A stretch of DNA of 64,000 nucleotides from the NCBI GenBank assembly GCA_973895155.1, contig OZ316892.1, positions 13,756,861 to 13,820,860 on the forward strand, given 5' to 3'. The notes under the pieces are model-generated. The model did not search any database, was not told the origin of the DNA, and saw only the letters and a list, made by a program, of their open reading frames with translations. Made by a program: the position numbers and the translations under genes. Each line of letters begins with the position of its first letter. Position 1 is the first letter of the stretch. The stretch comes from Marsupella aquatica. Taxonomy: Eukaryota; Plantae; Marchantiophyta. Shown in pieces: positions 36,059 to 57,970 of this stretch.

Positions 36059-37526
36059 CCATAAGTTGACTGGACTTGAATTTGTTTAGTCCTCTCGGAT
36101 TTTGTGTCCGTGCCATAAAAAAGACTTAAGCTTTCCAGTTACCTGTTCTGAAAGTTTGTAATAATTTAAGCCTGTGACTGGAGCGAATGAAATTTTATTG
36201 CGGTATTGAATGACTTGAACAATTTTCCAGACAATGAAATCATGTAGCTCCGGGATAGTTGATCACACGCCAAATCATCACCAACAAATTTTAGATCTAC
36301 TGTTAGGACGCCTTGCCCCGACAGGAATGATCTATGTGAGCTGGAGACATCCAGTATTTGCAGCCTCAAATTTTCAACTTCCAATATTGGCCTTCTATGT
36401 GATTTGTTCGAAAGTTGCATAGGCGAATGCGTTCTCCCCACCCTGTGTCCGAGGACATGATCGAGTCAGCCTCATTGGCCCCCCTCACATCGAGCCTCGT
36501 CCTTCCCCACTCCTATCTACCACGTACCTTCTCATAGGAAATATTTTTTCTTGCTGTCTGGACAGCATGTCTAGAAGATCAAGAAAGAAATGTTGAAGAT
36601 CATGAAGGTTACTCCATGCTGGGATAAACGCCCACAGCAACGTGCAGTCTCCCCTCGCTAAAAGTCTTGGATTACTTACGTTAGTAACGCAGTTAACCTC
36701 CCCACAGGACTCCCACATTAGGAGGTTTGGCGGGGAGAGGTGCGTCTGACACACCTAGCTTTTATCGTCAATTCCTCCGAGATGTAAGGAGGATCATTAG
36801 ATCTAGCGACCAGGGAGCAGGATGGAGGGTGGCAAATTTCATATCAAAACTCTCAACTATTTTCTTTGTATCTCGGGTAAGGATTTGGCCAGAATTTTCA
36901 CTCAAAACAACACTTTCCTTACAACTCGGTGGTCTTGAGGTCTGTAATCATCTATTCGTTCGTAAATAATTATTTTTTCTGCACGGGTGAGCAGGTCAAG
37001 TACGTTCTTGGCATGCACGTACGCAGTCACGAGCATGCTGGCCTTTAATTTGACTGAAAAATCTTGGACTACTGTTGGTGCAAGCAAGCTCCTCCTTGCC
37101 TACTGTAGAATGACGTTTCTCCCGTTTGTTTATCCGACGCCTCTCAATCCGAAAACTTGTAGAGAATCAAGTGATCCGTAGACAACCTCGAATAGCAACT
37201 GCATTCTCCTCCTGAACCGCTTTCGATTGAAGGTGAGATTACCTCAAAATTCGTTTCAAATAATAGTTTCCAATTCGCTTCAAGCTGTAGATGTCTGGTT
37301 TCGTCCGACAGTCGAGTCGGTCCGTGCACTCCTGGGGTTCCTTCAGATTTCTTCGCTGACTTGATGCTGCAGCCTTGTCTGGCCCGATATAAATAACTTC
37401 CTCCGTAGCCTCCTCTCCGATGCCATTACGTTCCCTCTGTATTCTGAAGTGCTTCGAGATTTCTGCATACCCGCACAATCCCATGAGCTTGCTGCAAATT
37501 TGAGAATGATTTATCGGCCATGTTAA

Positions 37527-39017
37527 TCACGGATTTGGGTCCCGATTTGGGTTTTCTGCTCCTGCTGTAGTGAACTCATAACATGCTGCGCCTTTCCGGA
37601 GTTCTTCGCAGTGGGAGTCCTTCACACGGTAGATTGTGCGGTATTGTGGCTGAAGGAAGGGCCGCAGCTTTGTTTCCTTGAATGCTCTAGCTGCATTTCT
37701 TGGCTTCTCTTGCTGCAACCATGGCGCTGATGCTGTTTTGAGACAATTGCTGTTGTTGAACGCGGTCCAGTCTATTTGCCCCCACTGCTGCTGCGGCCTT
37801 CCCAGCTTGTCTTCTTTATCTTGCCATGATCCAGATTCACTCTGCAAAAACGAGTCTTTTCCTCCTCCTTGTTTGTGACTCATGCTCTTGTAACCCTTGG
37901 GATCTTGTGCTTCACATAACTCTTGACTGCCCTCGGTCCGTCTCTTGCTTTCATTTCTGCTGGGTCTGCTAATTATCTCTCCGCGTTCCCTTGGACACTT
38001 CGATTCAAGACCGTCCGATTTCTTTAGAAATTCGCATTCAGCGGAGGTGGTATCGCATCCGTTTTTGGCTGTTGCCGGGACTGTTGCTCGTTTCAGAATT
38101 CTTCCGCCGCTGCCCCTCTCCTTGAACGGCACATTTCTCAGCACGCCTGTCCTATTGCTGTTTAGCTTGCGTCCCTCTAATCGGTTCGAATTTTCGCATT
38201 CCTGGAAAATGATGCCTTGAAATCTTGCGCTCCCCGTCGGTACTTGTTTCCTTGGTAAATTCTCGGACCAGTTCGAATTCGATCGACTTTCCTTCGGTTG
38301 ATGATCAGAATCCTTTACGTCGATTCTCTTAAGAACTTCTGCTGCTGCTGCTGGCGGGGCCGGGGGCGGGGCTCCTGGTCTCTTATCTGGTCCTTCTTTG
38401 ACCTTTCCATCCTCTATCGTTTTCTGTTCAACTCCACCACACTCTTTGGTTGACCTGATGATAGCAACTATGCGGCAGGGACCAGTCTCAAGAAGATGTT
38501 TCGAGTCCTGGGAGAGTTTCTGAGAACCCTGCCTTCCGAAAGTGGTAATCCCCTTCGTTCCATGATTTCTACTGGCCCTTAGAGCATTTTTGGAATTCTT
38601 CTTCTCCACCTCTGGTTTCCTTTCCTCTCCATTCTTCTGCACCTGGGGTCCAGCGCTCCTTTCCTCGTTTTGGGCAGCGCGACTGACTGCCCACTGCTGC
38701 AAGGCTGTTAAGTACTGCTGCTCTGATTCCTTCTTCCGGCTTGCCTTCTCTCCATCGGAGGCATCACCCTCGCTATTCTCAGAAGCAAAGTCTTCTTCTA
38801 GTTCTTGAATAGTCGAGCCTGTAACATTGTCCGTCGAGTAATTGATCTCCATACTCTTGTCCTCGTGCACTCGATTCCAATGATCCGCATACTTATTGAA
38901 TACATTCTGCCTCCACATTTTTCCATCCCAAAAACCATATTTTTTCTTTCGCTCATTCTTTTCTGAGTTATGCCTCGGATCTTTTCCTACATCAGGCTTG
39001 GGACCGGAAGATAACAT
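37527..39017 (-). CDS. Hypothetical 496-aa hydrophilic, low-complexity protein (orphan or TE-derived relic)
   Basis: Long uninterrupted ORF with no recognisable domain; the same frame continues past single TGA stops on both sides (39060-39344, 37239-37484). Confidence 0.45.
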   Translation of the reverse strand: MLSSGPKPDVGKDPRHNSEKNERKKKYGFWDGKMWRQNVFNKYADHWNRVHEDKSMEINYSTDNVTGSTIQELEEDFASENSEGDASDGEKASRKKESEQQYLTALQQWAVSRAAQNEERSAGPQVQKNGEERKPEVEKKNSKNALRASRNHGTKGITTFGRQGSQKLSQDSKHLLETGPCRIVAIIRSTKECGGVEQKTIEDGKVKEGPDKRPGAPPPAPPAAAAEVLKRIDVKDSDHQPKESRSNSNWSENLPRKQVPTGSARFQGIIFQECENSNRLEGRKLNSNRTGVLRNVPFKERGSGGRILKRATVPATAKNGCDTTSAECEFLKKSDGLESKCPRERGEIISRPSRNESKRRTEGSQELCEAQDPKGYKSMSHKQGGGKDSFLQSESGSWQDKEDKLGRPQQQWGQIDWTAFNNSNCLKTASAPWLQQEKPRNAARAFKETKLRPFLQPQYRTIYRVKDSHCEELRKGAACYEFTTAGAENPNRDPNP

Positions 39018-39518
39018 TCCTGCATTTTCTTGCTGTTCCTGCGGGGATAGTATTCTTGTTCAGACTCCATCCGCGCTCAGATATCCGGCCCTGGTGCTAA
39101 TAGTCATATCTGCTGCTGCCTCTGGTGGGATTGCTAGTCTTACCTCCTCATCCTGATCCTCGCTACTTTGCGCAGGCGTGCCAGATTCCCTTATTTGCTC
39201 TTCCCAGAGTCGGAGTTGCCTGCACTCCCATCCAGCCTGGGGTTGTTCTTCCATCTCCGGTTGTCTATTGATCCAATATTTACCGAGATATTTACACAAG
39301 GGACTATTCCTGGAGAAACATTCTAATTCATTGCAGTACTCCACGCCATTGACAGGACAAGTCAGGGCTTACAACTGGGATGATTCAATCACATTGCCTA
39401 TGAATCAGGCATATTACCACTGTATGTACCCAATAGTCCCGGCTCTCATTTCGTTGATCTGATCGTCGACAACGGCGGGGCCCCGGAAGTTTCGGGGGAT
39501 CGCATTGAGGTTGGAAAG

Positions 39519-42500
39519 ATGGACGAGCTATGTGAGACGCTGGATGCGAGGGCTGCAGCAAGGGCAGGGGCAGGGACATCAGATGAAATGACAACGGACA
39601 TGGCAGCGACGCCGCCTGAAGAATCGGAAGAAGTGAGAGAGCAGCATCGACGGTTGCTGGCGGAGATTCGATCCTGTTTCAGACTGCTTTCCATTCATTC
39701 ACGTCTCAGTGGATCCGAGAGCCCAAGAACAAGGAGGATCTCCACGCAGACAGACAGCTGTGAGTCGTTACATTCTCTGGCCGCTGGAAGGGCCAAAGGA
39801 AGCACCCGAGTTTTGAGGGGTCTCTCGCCGACGGAAGACGCACAGAACAGTCTTCTTTACAATCAGCTCATCATTGAGTCCACTCCTAGCGTCTCCGACG
39901 TGCCCTGCAACAGTCCTCCTTCCACTAGAACTGCTGGTACCAGTACCGCTGGATTATCACCTCATCTCGACCCCGATCTCGACCAACGAGGTGGAGGAGG
40001 AGATGAAGTAACAGAACCCACTGGTGAAAGCATTCATCAACGCGCTGTGGTGAATCCTACAAGCAGCTTGAAGATGGCCATGGACTTGAGTAAAGCGGAC
40101 GTCATCAATGTGGTCGAATGGTTGTACCGAGACCATCCAGGAGCCGTCTGGCGAGTATCTCTCTCTCCCTCTCTTTCTGTCACACAGTAACTATGAATCA
40201 TTCATTGACTTCAACATCGATTCGATTCATGAGCTCATAGAATTTTTCTTCTTCGCGTGACTATTTTCCCAACATCTTATTGGCCCCAAAGACGTCTACA
40301 ATCGTGAGCCTAGTATGGAATTCCTAATCTTTCTCATCCATTTCAGAGCATTCAGAGCTCTACATCAGTATCCCCTCACTGCTTGTTCGCTAGAGTACTC
40401 AACCCATGACGTTCATTCGTTCTGTATAAATACTTTTTGAAATAATAATGGAATTAAATCCAACATCTCGGCCGGCCCCGTTTCCCAACCAACCCAAACT
40501 CACGCCAGATACATTTTTCGAAGCCCGTGGGGTCTGAAGTCTGTCGAAACGGCAAATCATCTGTAGGTTTTTATCTGGTGGGAGCGGTTAGCTAGATGGT
40601 AGGTTGTTTCCAGATTGACACTTTTTCTTTTTTATAGAACATGGTTACGCCTGTAGGCTGTACTGGGAATAATACAGATTGAGATGTCCATATTTTACAC
40701 ACACACACTAATGTCCTATCATGCATGCAACCCAGGGAACGTTAGAACAGTCGAAATTTGTATTCACTCGTTGACACACATTGGTGCTGTGGAGTTGATC
40801 TCCTTTCATGTGGCGACTTGGTTGTCAAGGAGAAAGTGAAATACGTACAGTCAGATTTCATGAAAGTAAAACTGTAACTGGGTCTTTAATTATTGTGCAG
40901 TCTGCAAGGGTCTGCAAGTTAAAGAGACTTGGCTGATCCACGGGACCTGCATGCATGTTACCTCTCTCATAATAACACTTTAATTACCGTCGCCTAATCC
41001 TACAGGCAGCCAGTCGGAAGGCTATGGAAGATCAGGTGGATAGTAGATATCTCACCTATGGAGAGGTGAGAACATACCCATCTTTCTGTTCGTCTTCTCA
41101 ATCTCTGTCCATTCGCCCACGAGATTTGCATATATATTAGTTTGTTGTGACGAGTTTGAACATTCTTAGCTCGGTTACAAATTGGGCTTCTAAATTTCAT
41201 TATTTATGCTCGTGTCTCCCTCCTCCTCATTAATATTAAGATCTTACTGTCACTAGTCTGAATGTCGGGAATCAGTATGAGTCATTCACAGTGAGAAGGA
41301 CCGTATGTCAGACCAGATAATTATATAACCTGCCCGACAGTATATATTTGAATAATGATAATCGAGTTCCTAGCCCAGCCTAGTCTTGTTACAAGCTGTA
41401 ATACTGTGCTGGTAACAACACTAGGCTAGGCTTACTGTGCTCAATCAAGCAAGGGTAGTCCTTCTAATCCAAGCACACCATAAGATCATTTGAAATTCCA
41501 CGACTCAAAGGACTACTGTAGTGTACAGCCAGATTGAGAGCCTCCCTCTTGACCTAGACTCTGAATAATATTGTTAAACGACCCAGTCTCGAACGACAAC
41601 CTCTTTAACTGCTGTCAGGCCGAAATTCTGGAATGAATGTGAAACGTTTGTATTTGGTAAAGATTTCAAAGGGGACGGTCTGTCTAGCAAGTTGATATAC
41701 GTTCTAGAACGACAAATCACTTTGATCTCCTTCAAACCATCTCGATAAAAGAGCGCGAAGGAAATGAAAACCTGAAAGCGTTTGACACTGAAGTTGTCAT
41801 TACAGGTGAGCTTTATTGCATTCGCAAATCTTCTCGAGAAATATGCGCCATCTAGACCTGTTAGTGGAAGTTCATTCTCAGCGAATCAGGAGAGGGGAAA
41901 CGTGTTGGTGAGCAATGCCTCGAGTAGCTCTCAGCAAGACAATCTACTTCCTGGTGGATTCACGTTCTATGACCTTGGTTGTGGTGCTGGACGTCCTGTA
42001 TACATGGCATCACTTATGAATACAAACTGCACCAAATCGTGTGGCATTGAAATAGTTCCCAGTATGCAATCTTCTTTCTGATCGATCCTTATTCCCTGCC
42101 ATTGATGCTGACTTGACCGAAATCTTGCTTTTGCATCTTTCGCAAATGAACTACTGTGTTCTTCATTTACAGAAACCATTGCAAATTACTTTTGAACTGT
42201 TACCTCTGTCTCAACTGTGTTTTGGAAAACATTCGCCATTCATATATCTTTTTCCATATAAAGAGTCGGTTGAGAGGGGAACTTAATATGAAGCTGCTCT
42301 TGGTGTTTCGTGTTGCAGACATGCACGAAATGAATAAAGTTCTTCTCAGGCTTTACAAGTTGGAGGCAATCAAATTCGTTCAAAGATTCAATTCAATTCA
42401 ATTCAATTCATTCATTCATTTGTTCACTCGTTTGGGAATTCAAGCAAGTAGGAAGGGTCCAACACCTCTACGGGGTTTGTAGGCCAACTGATGGAGGACT

Positions 42501-43889
42501 TTGGCCGAATGAACTTATTAAGCCAGGAGTTACTAGTTGCCCCTGAACATCGTTGATGCTGTATTTCTGTTTCCTGAAAAGAAAAAGCACTCTGTGTGTG
42601 ATGTCATTTAAGAGAACTCATTTTAATATTTATCTCGTCGGGAGTACACAGCCTGACTGCCATTTCAAGAGGCTACGACGACTTGGATCTTTTTTTTTTA
42701 CGACTCTTCTTTAGATTCTTCAGATATCAATGCCTTTTTGTGAACAGTTAACGTTTAGACGAATTTTATGGCACATCTCCTAACATGGGATCTGACATTT
42801 GACAAGTCTTGTGCAGGTCCAGCCGAATTTGCATCCGCGGAAACAGTCGCAACAACTTGATTTCCTGATCGGTGACTTTCTACAGGTAAATTTTGCCTTC
42901 AAAGTTTGAACAGGGTCTTTAACGGTGCATATTTATTGTTGAGTTCTTAGTCCTGTTCTTAAATTATTATGTGCGTGCTGTTAAGTGAAGGCGTCTGCGA
43001 GCCTTAACTAGATTCTCGATTCTAGATTCGTGGTCAAATCGGTCGATCATTGAATTGGTCAAATTTCTGTTTTCTTGTGGATTAGATTGATTGGTCAGAT
43101 GCAGACATCATATTCACCAACGCAACATGCTTCCCAGAGCCAGTGTTTCGTAAGTTTGAGGTACAAGTTTTTCGACCTTATGACTAATATCACAGAGATT
43201 GAATTGGTTGGTCACCGTCTGCTCATCTAGCCACCCTGTGGTTTTGGCCACTCGTCAACTTTAATGCCCTGTAACACGGTCATTAAATTTTTGACAACAT
43301 GCCCGGCACAAATCTAAAATTCATCGGTTTGGACAAGGTCTTCTGTTTGGACCAGGTCAAGGATATCTCCAAGTCCTTGGCCGCAGGAATCTCAACTTGT
43401 GTATGGATGCAAGGAATGACTCTCCGGGTTACTTGCTTTCTAAGCTGGGTGTCCTGTTCATTAATTCAAATCAGTAATTGTGGCTTCCTTGAGTTCGCTC
43501 TCGATGTTTCCCCAAACAATACAGCACAATGGGGCTATTTCCAAAACTTTGTGTTTCAATGAGAATGGTGTTACGCCCAAATTCTCTGAAACACGCTTGG
43601 CGTGCAGGAGATGGCAGCCAAAGTCCTGAAGACTGGAGCCATTGTCATTTCAGTGACAAGACCCTTCGACAACCTTGAGACGTGGGAACTGCTAGAAAGA
43701 CAAGAGAGACAAATGAGTTGGGCACCAGCATCGGTGTATGTCTACAGGAAACAAGGTCCAAGTCATCCGGAGTTGGACAGACCTTCAACTTCAGCTGTGC
43801 CTGAGAGCGAATTGGTCCCTGAGCAAGCCTCGAACACTGAGGATCACCCACAAACACATCCAGCAGGAGCTTGTGATAAAGGAAGCTGA
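39519..43889 (+). CDS. DOT1-family (class I SAM-dependent) methyltransferase-like protein, ~7 exons
   Basis: Spliced frame reads ...SRYLTYGE|VSFIAFANLL...FTFYDLGCGAGRPVYMASL...CGIEIVP|NMHE...|...FLIGDFLQ|IDWSDADIIFTNATCF...|...LKTGAIVISVT...QMSW..SVYVY. Exons approx. 39519(or 40074)-40154, 41006-41065, 41806-42061, 42319-42365, 42817-42885, 43086-43160, 43608-43889. Start is uncertain. Confidence 0.8.
41372..41432. repeat. Intronic inverted repeat (24-bp arms, 11-nt loop)
   Basis: GCCCAGCCTAGTCTTGTTACAAGC / GCTGGTAACAACACTAGGCTAGGC, 3 mismatches. Confidence 0.8.
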
Positions 43890-46502
43890 CATAGCCACAA
43901 TGCTTTTCCATGACTTGGTTCCTTCTGTCCAGACCTCACTTGGAATATATGCTGCATGATGCTAATTAATTGTTACAAAACAATCTTTCCTGTCTGTTAG
44001 GTGCTTTGCATTGACAACCATCAAGGTCAATAATGCCTTGAGAGTTCTCCTTGGCTATTACGCGTAAATGAATTATTTCATTCTCAAGCTTCCACTATTG
44101 AGCAGAACATTCTACATAGATTATGTCCCTAAACGAATGAACTCGTGAGCCCCAAAGTTGGTCACCGTCTGCTCACACCGGGGATATTACAAACAAGTCC
44201 AGTATGAGCGAGAAACAAATGCAAATAGGCAAGGCAACAAATTCATTTGAAGGATGGTGACTTATGCTTGAATCCGGGATTCCTCAATCTTTGGAACTAT
44301 GAATATTAACTTTGATCTCATTGAAGTCAATCAGTTCTCGAGCATATACCTCATGTTCCATTCTCTTTGGGTCTTAGGATTTCTGGGATCCTGTCTTGTC
44401 TTTACTTTAGGCACAAGTTATATATATTTACGAACTCGAGTGTTCTCAATTGAATACCAAATCCCATAGAAGATCCATGGTTCAAAATTTGACAACTCCT
44501 TCGATGTAAAGGAATTTCGTATTTTTAGAACCCATTATTGAATGTTCATCACACACCTGGACATCGGCCAATCCTGGAAAACTCAACCTTCTCCTTCAAA
44601 CCGTGAAGTGCCTTAAGCAAAGTTAATAGTTTAGAAGCTGATGCCCACTAATGGATTACAATGTTTGACCTAAGATGTATGATGGATCATGCACTTCTTC
44701 ACTAAAAAAAAGTGAACCTTTATACGAAAGGTACTACTTGAATAGCAGGCTCACAAGATTCACAATTGTCCATAAAAATTTCAAGAGTCCATCCATTGTA
44801 AGCATCTTATTGAAAATTATTACACATGAGAGCTTAGGTTTCCAAAGTATAGGGGTATTTGGAAAAATCTAGCGTGGTACAATAGGAGGCATTTTGATGT
44901 TTAATTTGACCAATGCCAGTTTGGAACATAACATGTGCTTACCACACTACGATGAGCTATAATCTCGGATGGGATCTCCTAAATTTTGCTCACTCTTAAA
45001 CTAGTATACAATCAATTACAACATATGATTTAACTAAGATTATTATAAGGCTTCAGACTAGGCTCTCAGAATTTGAAAAAACTATCGCATTCGAGTCTTT
45101 TAGGAATCCATTCAAGCTTAAAAGTTTGGATGGATCCCATTGAAGCTTTTGACTCAGGTTACTCACTTATGAATCACATTACTAGGGGGACTCAAAGGCC
45201 CCAGCACTAAAACTGGTAGTAGGGTGATAGAGGAAACTTTTGGTGTACAGGGAGAAACAAAGGGTGACTGGGAAAACGGTCAGCTGTCAAGGGAGATGTC
45301 CAGGTGATAGAGGAGATGGCAAGATTAGAAAGGAAACCGACAGCCACAGCAAAATGTTTAAATAAAAGATACATGAATCCCGTTTGTAATTTTTCTTTTT
45401 GAAATTTTCAAGGCATTTTTGGAGAAGGATGCACAGTCAAGAATGGATCAATATACTCTTGTTATACTAAAAGTTTTGAAAATTTAGGCATCTAAATGTA
45501 TTATGGCCTTGTTGCAAGAGCAATATATAACTAGTTTAGATTTTGATTCTCAAGTGGATTTTCCATTTCAATTGCTGCCTCAAAGTATCACAAGGGGTAT
45601 TGGTCTTGAGTGGGTTGGGAAGCTCTTCAAAGGTGGTTATTTCAAGACCAGAAAATCATTTTTTGTTGAGAAACAAGATAGTTGTTTTGTAGTGCATTTG
45701 GCAAGCTCGTTTCAGTAGGTTGCAACTTTGATTACTCCCTAACAATGCAACTATAGCAAGCGATCCTTGGTGCATTGGAAAGCCCTTTGAATTTGCTTGT
45801 TTCAGGACCAAAAACCTTGCAGGAGGGGCTGGCAAGGGCACGCCGTGAGAAGCTTTGATGTCACTCAAAAAGTCTGTAGTTGAAAACATTTCAACTACAA
45901 AATTGGTGCTAAAAACTTTTGATATATGCTTAGATTTTGTTTGTTAACCATGGTTAGTTTTTTGTAGCTCATAGATTTTTTTGTAATCATGATAGTTTTT
46001 AGCCAATGATGACTAACATCTTTTTGTGACTTCACGGAATTACACTTGAGCTCTTGACCTCCCAGGACAGCCCTTCAAGCCTTTACTGTGCAATAATCTA
46101 ATTGCAAACTAAATACTTCTATTAAAAAAGGGTTCAAAATTAATTTAAAATGGATATAGACTTAACAAGGAAGGCAGCCTCATAGTATGAAATTAAGATT
46201 AAAATAATAACCAGTTAAATCGAGCTTGCGAGATAAAAAAAAAAAGAAGGCCATACAGCATTGTCAAAAAAACCCTGTGCAGCTTTATCACGAACTGAGA
46301 CAATAGCTCGAGACGTGATTTGAAATCTTCGCTCCCGCGGATTTTCGCCTATTACGAAGCCCACATGCCCAATCGGTTTCAAGTTTCCAGAGATGGCAGC
46401 TTGAATTCGGACTGAACTCCAGGACGACTGTGGAGACGAGAAATCCACATTGCTTTCGTCCTCCGTTTGCCCTCTCTGTTCGTCTCTTTCCTGTTGGCCC
46501 TC

Positions 46503-46925
46503 TGTCTTTGCCTTTCTGCCCCCATCAGCTCTTCGTCTCTGCCTCAGTCTGGCCCTTCCCTTGTGATTGATGACATTGGGGAATGGGGCATCGATTCTTC
46601 CATTGCTGCTGCTGAATTGGTAGCTTCTGATGATGTTTTGCAGTTGTCAGTTCCACGAACCAACCTGACAGATTTAAACGCACAGTGACTGTGGCTTGGA
46701 TTGGAACTCTACTGGTCTTTGCCCTGTCTGCCCTCACCAGCGCTTCGTCTCTGCCTCAGTCTGGCCCTTCCCTTGTGATTGATGAAATTGGGCGAAATTG
46801 GGCTTTGATCCCTCCATTGCTGCTGCTTAATTGGTAGCTCCTGATGATGTTTTGCAGTTGTCAGTCCCACGAATCGACCTGTCAGATTTAAACGCACAGT
46901 GATTTTGGTATGGATTGGAACTCTA
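46503..46925. repeat. ~212-bp tandem duplication in the RecQ4 5' region
   Basis: CTTCGTCTCTGCCTCAGTCTGGCCCTTCCCTTGTGATTGATGA...CAGATTTAAACGCACAGTGA...GGATTGGAACTCTA occurs twice. Confidence 0.9.
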
Positions 46926-47203
46926 ATGTGGAGACAGTTGGTCTCTCTCCCTGTCTCTTTCCGTTTGGCTTGAATGGCTGGCCTCCTACCATCGGATCAT
47001 CTTTGTTTCCTTCCTGGCCAGTGTTACCAGCTGGCTTTCGACGGCCTTATAACTTTTGTTGTCTATGACTCATCCACATAGTTAAAACCACGAGTGTTCT
47101 TTGACTGATTTCACCACTCCAAGCACGTGTATTTTTAATGTCTGATTTACTGGTTCCCTTTCAATGCAGGTAGCACAGAAATCTTCTTTGAATATGCTGC
47201 CTC

Positions 47204-55985
<8,782 letters not shown>

Positions 55986-57970
55986 ACACTAGTTATCTGA
56001 CAGTTAAATAGTTCTGGATTCTCTTGTGTAGGAATTCAGCTGTCATGTGATTGCATATCTGAATTGAAAAATGCTCGTGCTTTTATCACTTTCTACACTA
56101 AACTCTCGCATCGATCTGGAGCAGGTCTCGTAAGCAAAGGAGGTAGTAATCGTTTCGGCAAAGCAGGTGTCTCCTGAAGTTTCTCCCTGTGCATGCTTAG
56201 CACATATCTGCCAAAGCAGAGATATTGACAGGTAAGAAGCTACGTTCTAATGGGTTATTTACATAGTTTGAAGGTTTATTAGATGTGGTGCTCGTGTAGC
56301 TCGCCTGCCCAAAGCAGTTGCAGGATCTCTTTAGGTATCAACAGGGCAGCCTCCTAGATGCTCTCAATGGACAGACTGCCTATCAAATGATGCCTCTTCA
56401 TTCTGAAAGTCATGTACGTCATCTCACTTGCATCTCTAGTAGTCATACCCAACATCCGGGTTTAACTCTTTGAGAGATATGGAGTGTTTGCATGTGCAGC
56501 CTCTGTCCATCAGTCTTCCTTGTAAATATTGAATATTTTTTGTTTGTGCCTGTTCAGTTGTTGTTCAGCGAGTCCGAACAGAGAAGGTACTCCCAAGAGA
56601 TATTATACGCAAACACACAAGGTATTTTACCTGCAGCCTGCCGATATGCTGCTGTCCGATATCCTTTGATGATGTGCGAGCCTTGCCACACTAGGCAAGA
56701 TTCATAAATGCTGAGATGGAGGATGGCATTCTTGTCAAGGCAGGGAAAACACTTCCTGCCCTGTTCATATGAACTTGGAAACACTAGAAGCTCTATCGGA
56801 AGAGCATTGCTGACTTCTGGCATGCGAAAACTTATATTGCTGAGCGACAGGACCTAGTAGACATTGTAGTCTATTGTTTAAGAGGAGATTAAGACGAAGA
56901 GCATTTGTCGCACAGCACAGCACAGCGCGGATCTCAAAAGGATGTCTTTCACTGTTTTGGGGTTGGTTTCAAAGTGGACCTTGCAAGGAATTGAAGTTTT
57001 AACATTGACAAAACTTTGGCTTCAAGAATCAGATAAATTAAAATGCTATGTGGCTTCATTGTCCCATCGTGCAATTTGCTGACTCTCCTGTGTAGCAAAG
57101 GTGTATCTGAAATCCTTCAACTGAGTACTGCACATACAATGAAGTGTCGTCTAGTAGCAACATGTCGAACATCTGTGTAAATTGTTTTTAAAACCAAGTA
57201 TGTCATTGGTTATCGTTTCACAATGTCATAATCATGCGGAAAGATCATAAGAATTTGTCAGTGTCCTCATTCAAATAACTAAGCTATGGCAAATGATGTG
57301 GGGTAAAATAGCCATGTTCCTTGACATTCCAATGGTGTCCCTTGCACGCAGTGCATGAATAGGCTGATAATGTGTTAGTTGTGCCAGCAACAGCACCAGT
57401 TCTTTTGCCGGTATTTGGGACTTGGGTATTTTAACTCTTGGGCTTCTTCGCCCTCTGTTCTTCTTGTTTTCTTCCTTTCATTTTTCCCGTTTAGTGGGTC
57501 TCTTTTGGCTCTTGGGTTTTGGGGCTCTATGGTCTTTTATTATTAATCGTTTGATTTCTCCGGTTTGGGCACTCTTACACTAAATTTGCAACACAAAGTG
57601 TTCCCTCCTCGGGCCAGCTCACCGGGGCTGGCCTGGATTAACCACAGCTCTTACTAGATCATGAAAGCATATAGAAGTGTGAAGCAAAACAGTTCTTCGG
57701 AAAGTCTGAAATCACATTTTAAAAAAGATTATTGAAAATGAGCTCCTAGATTGAGAACGAAAGAATCTCACCAAGAGACATGCATTCAAAGAGACAGTAT
57801 GCAGTCTATATCTCTTACAACATTTTCCAATGCTAGTGCTCTTGACTCTCCTATTGTTGCACAGCAATTTCTTCCTCTACTTCAACTAATCTTACATCTG
57901 CCACGACCACAATTTTGTAACGAATAAACATAAAACTATGTACAAGCTGGAGTGAGAAAAGTCATTCTAC

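Noticed and set aside
57610-57660. GC hairpin followed by CTAG, resembling a Helitron 3' end
   Set aside because: CTAG is followed by A rather than T, the spacing is long, and no 5' TC end was identified.
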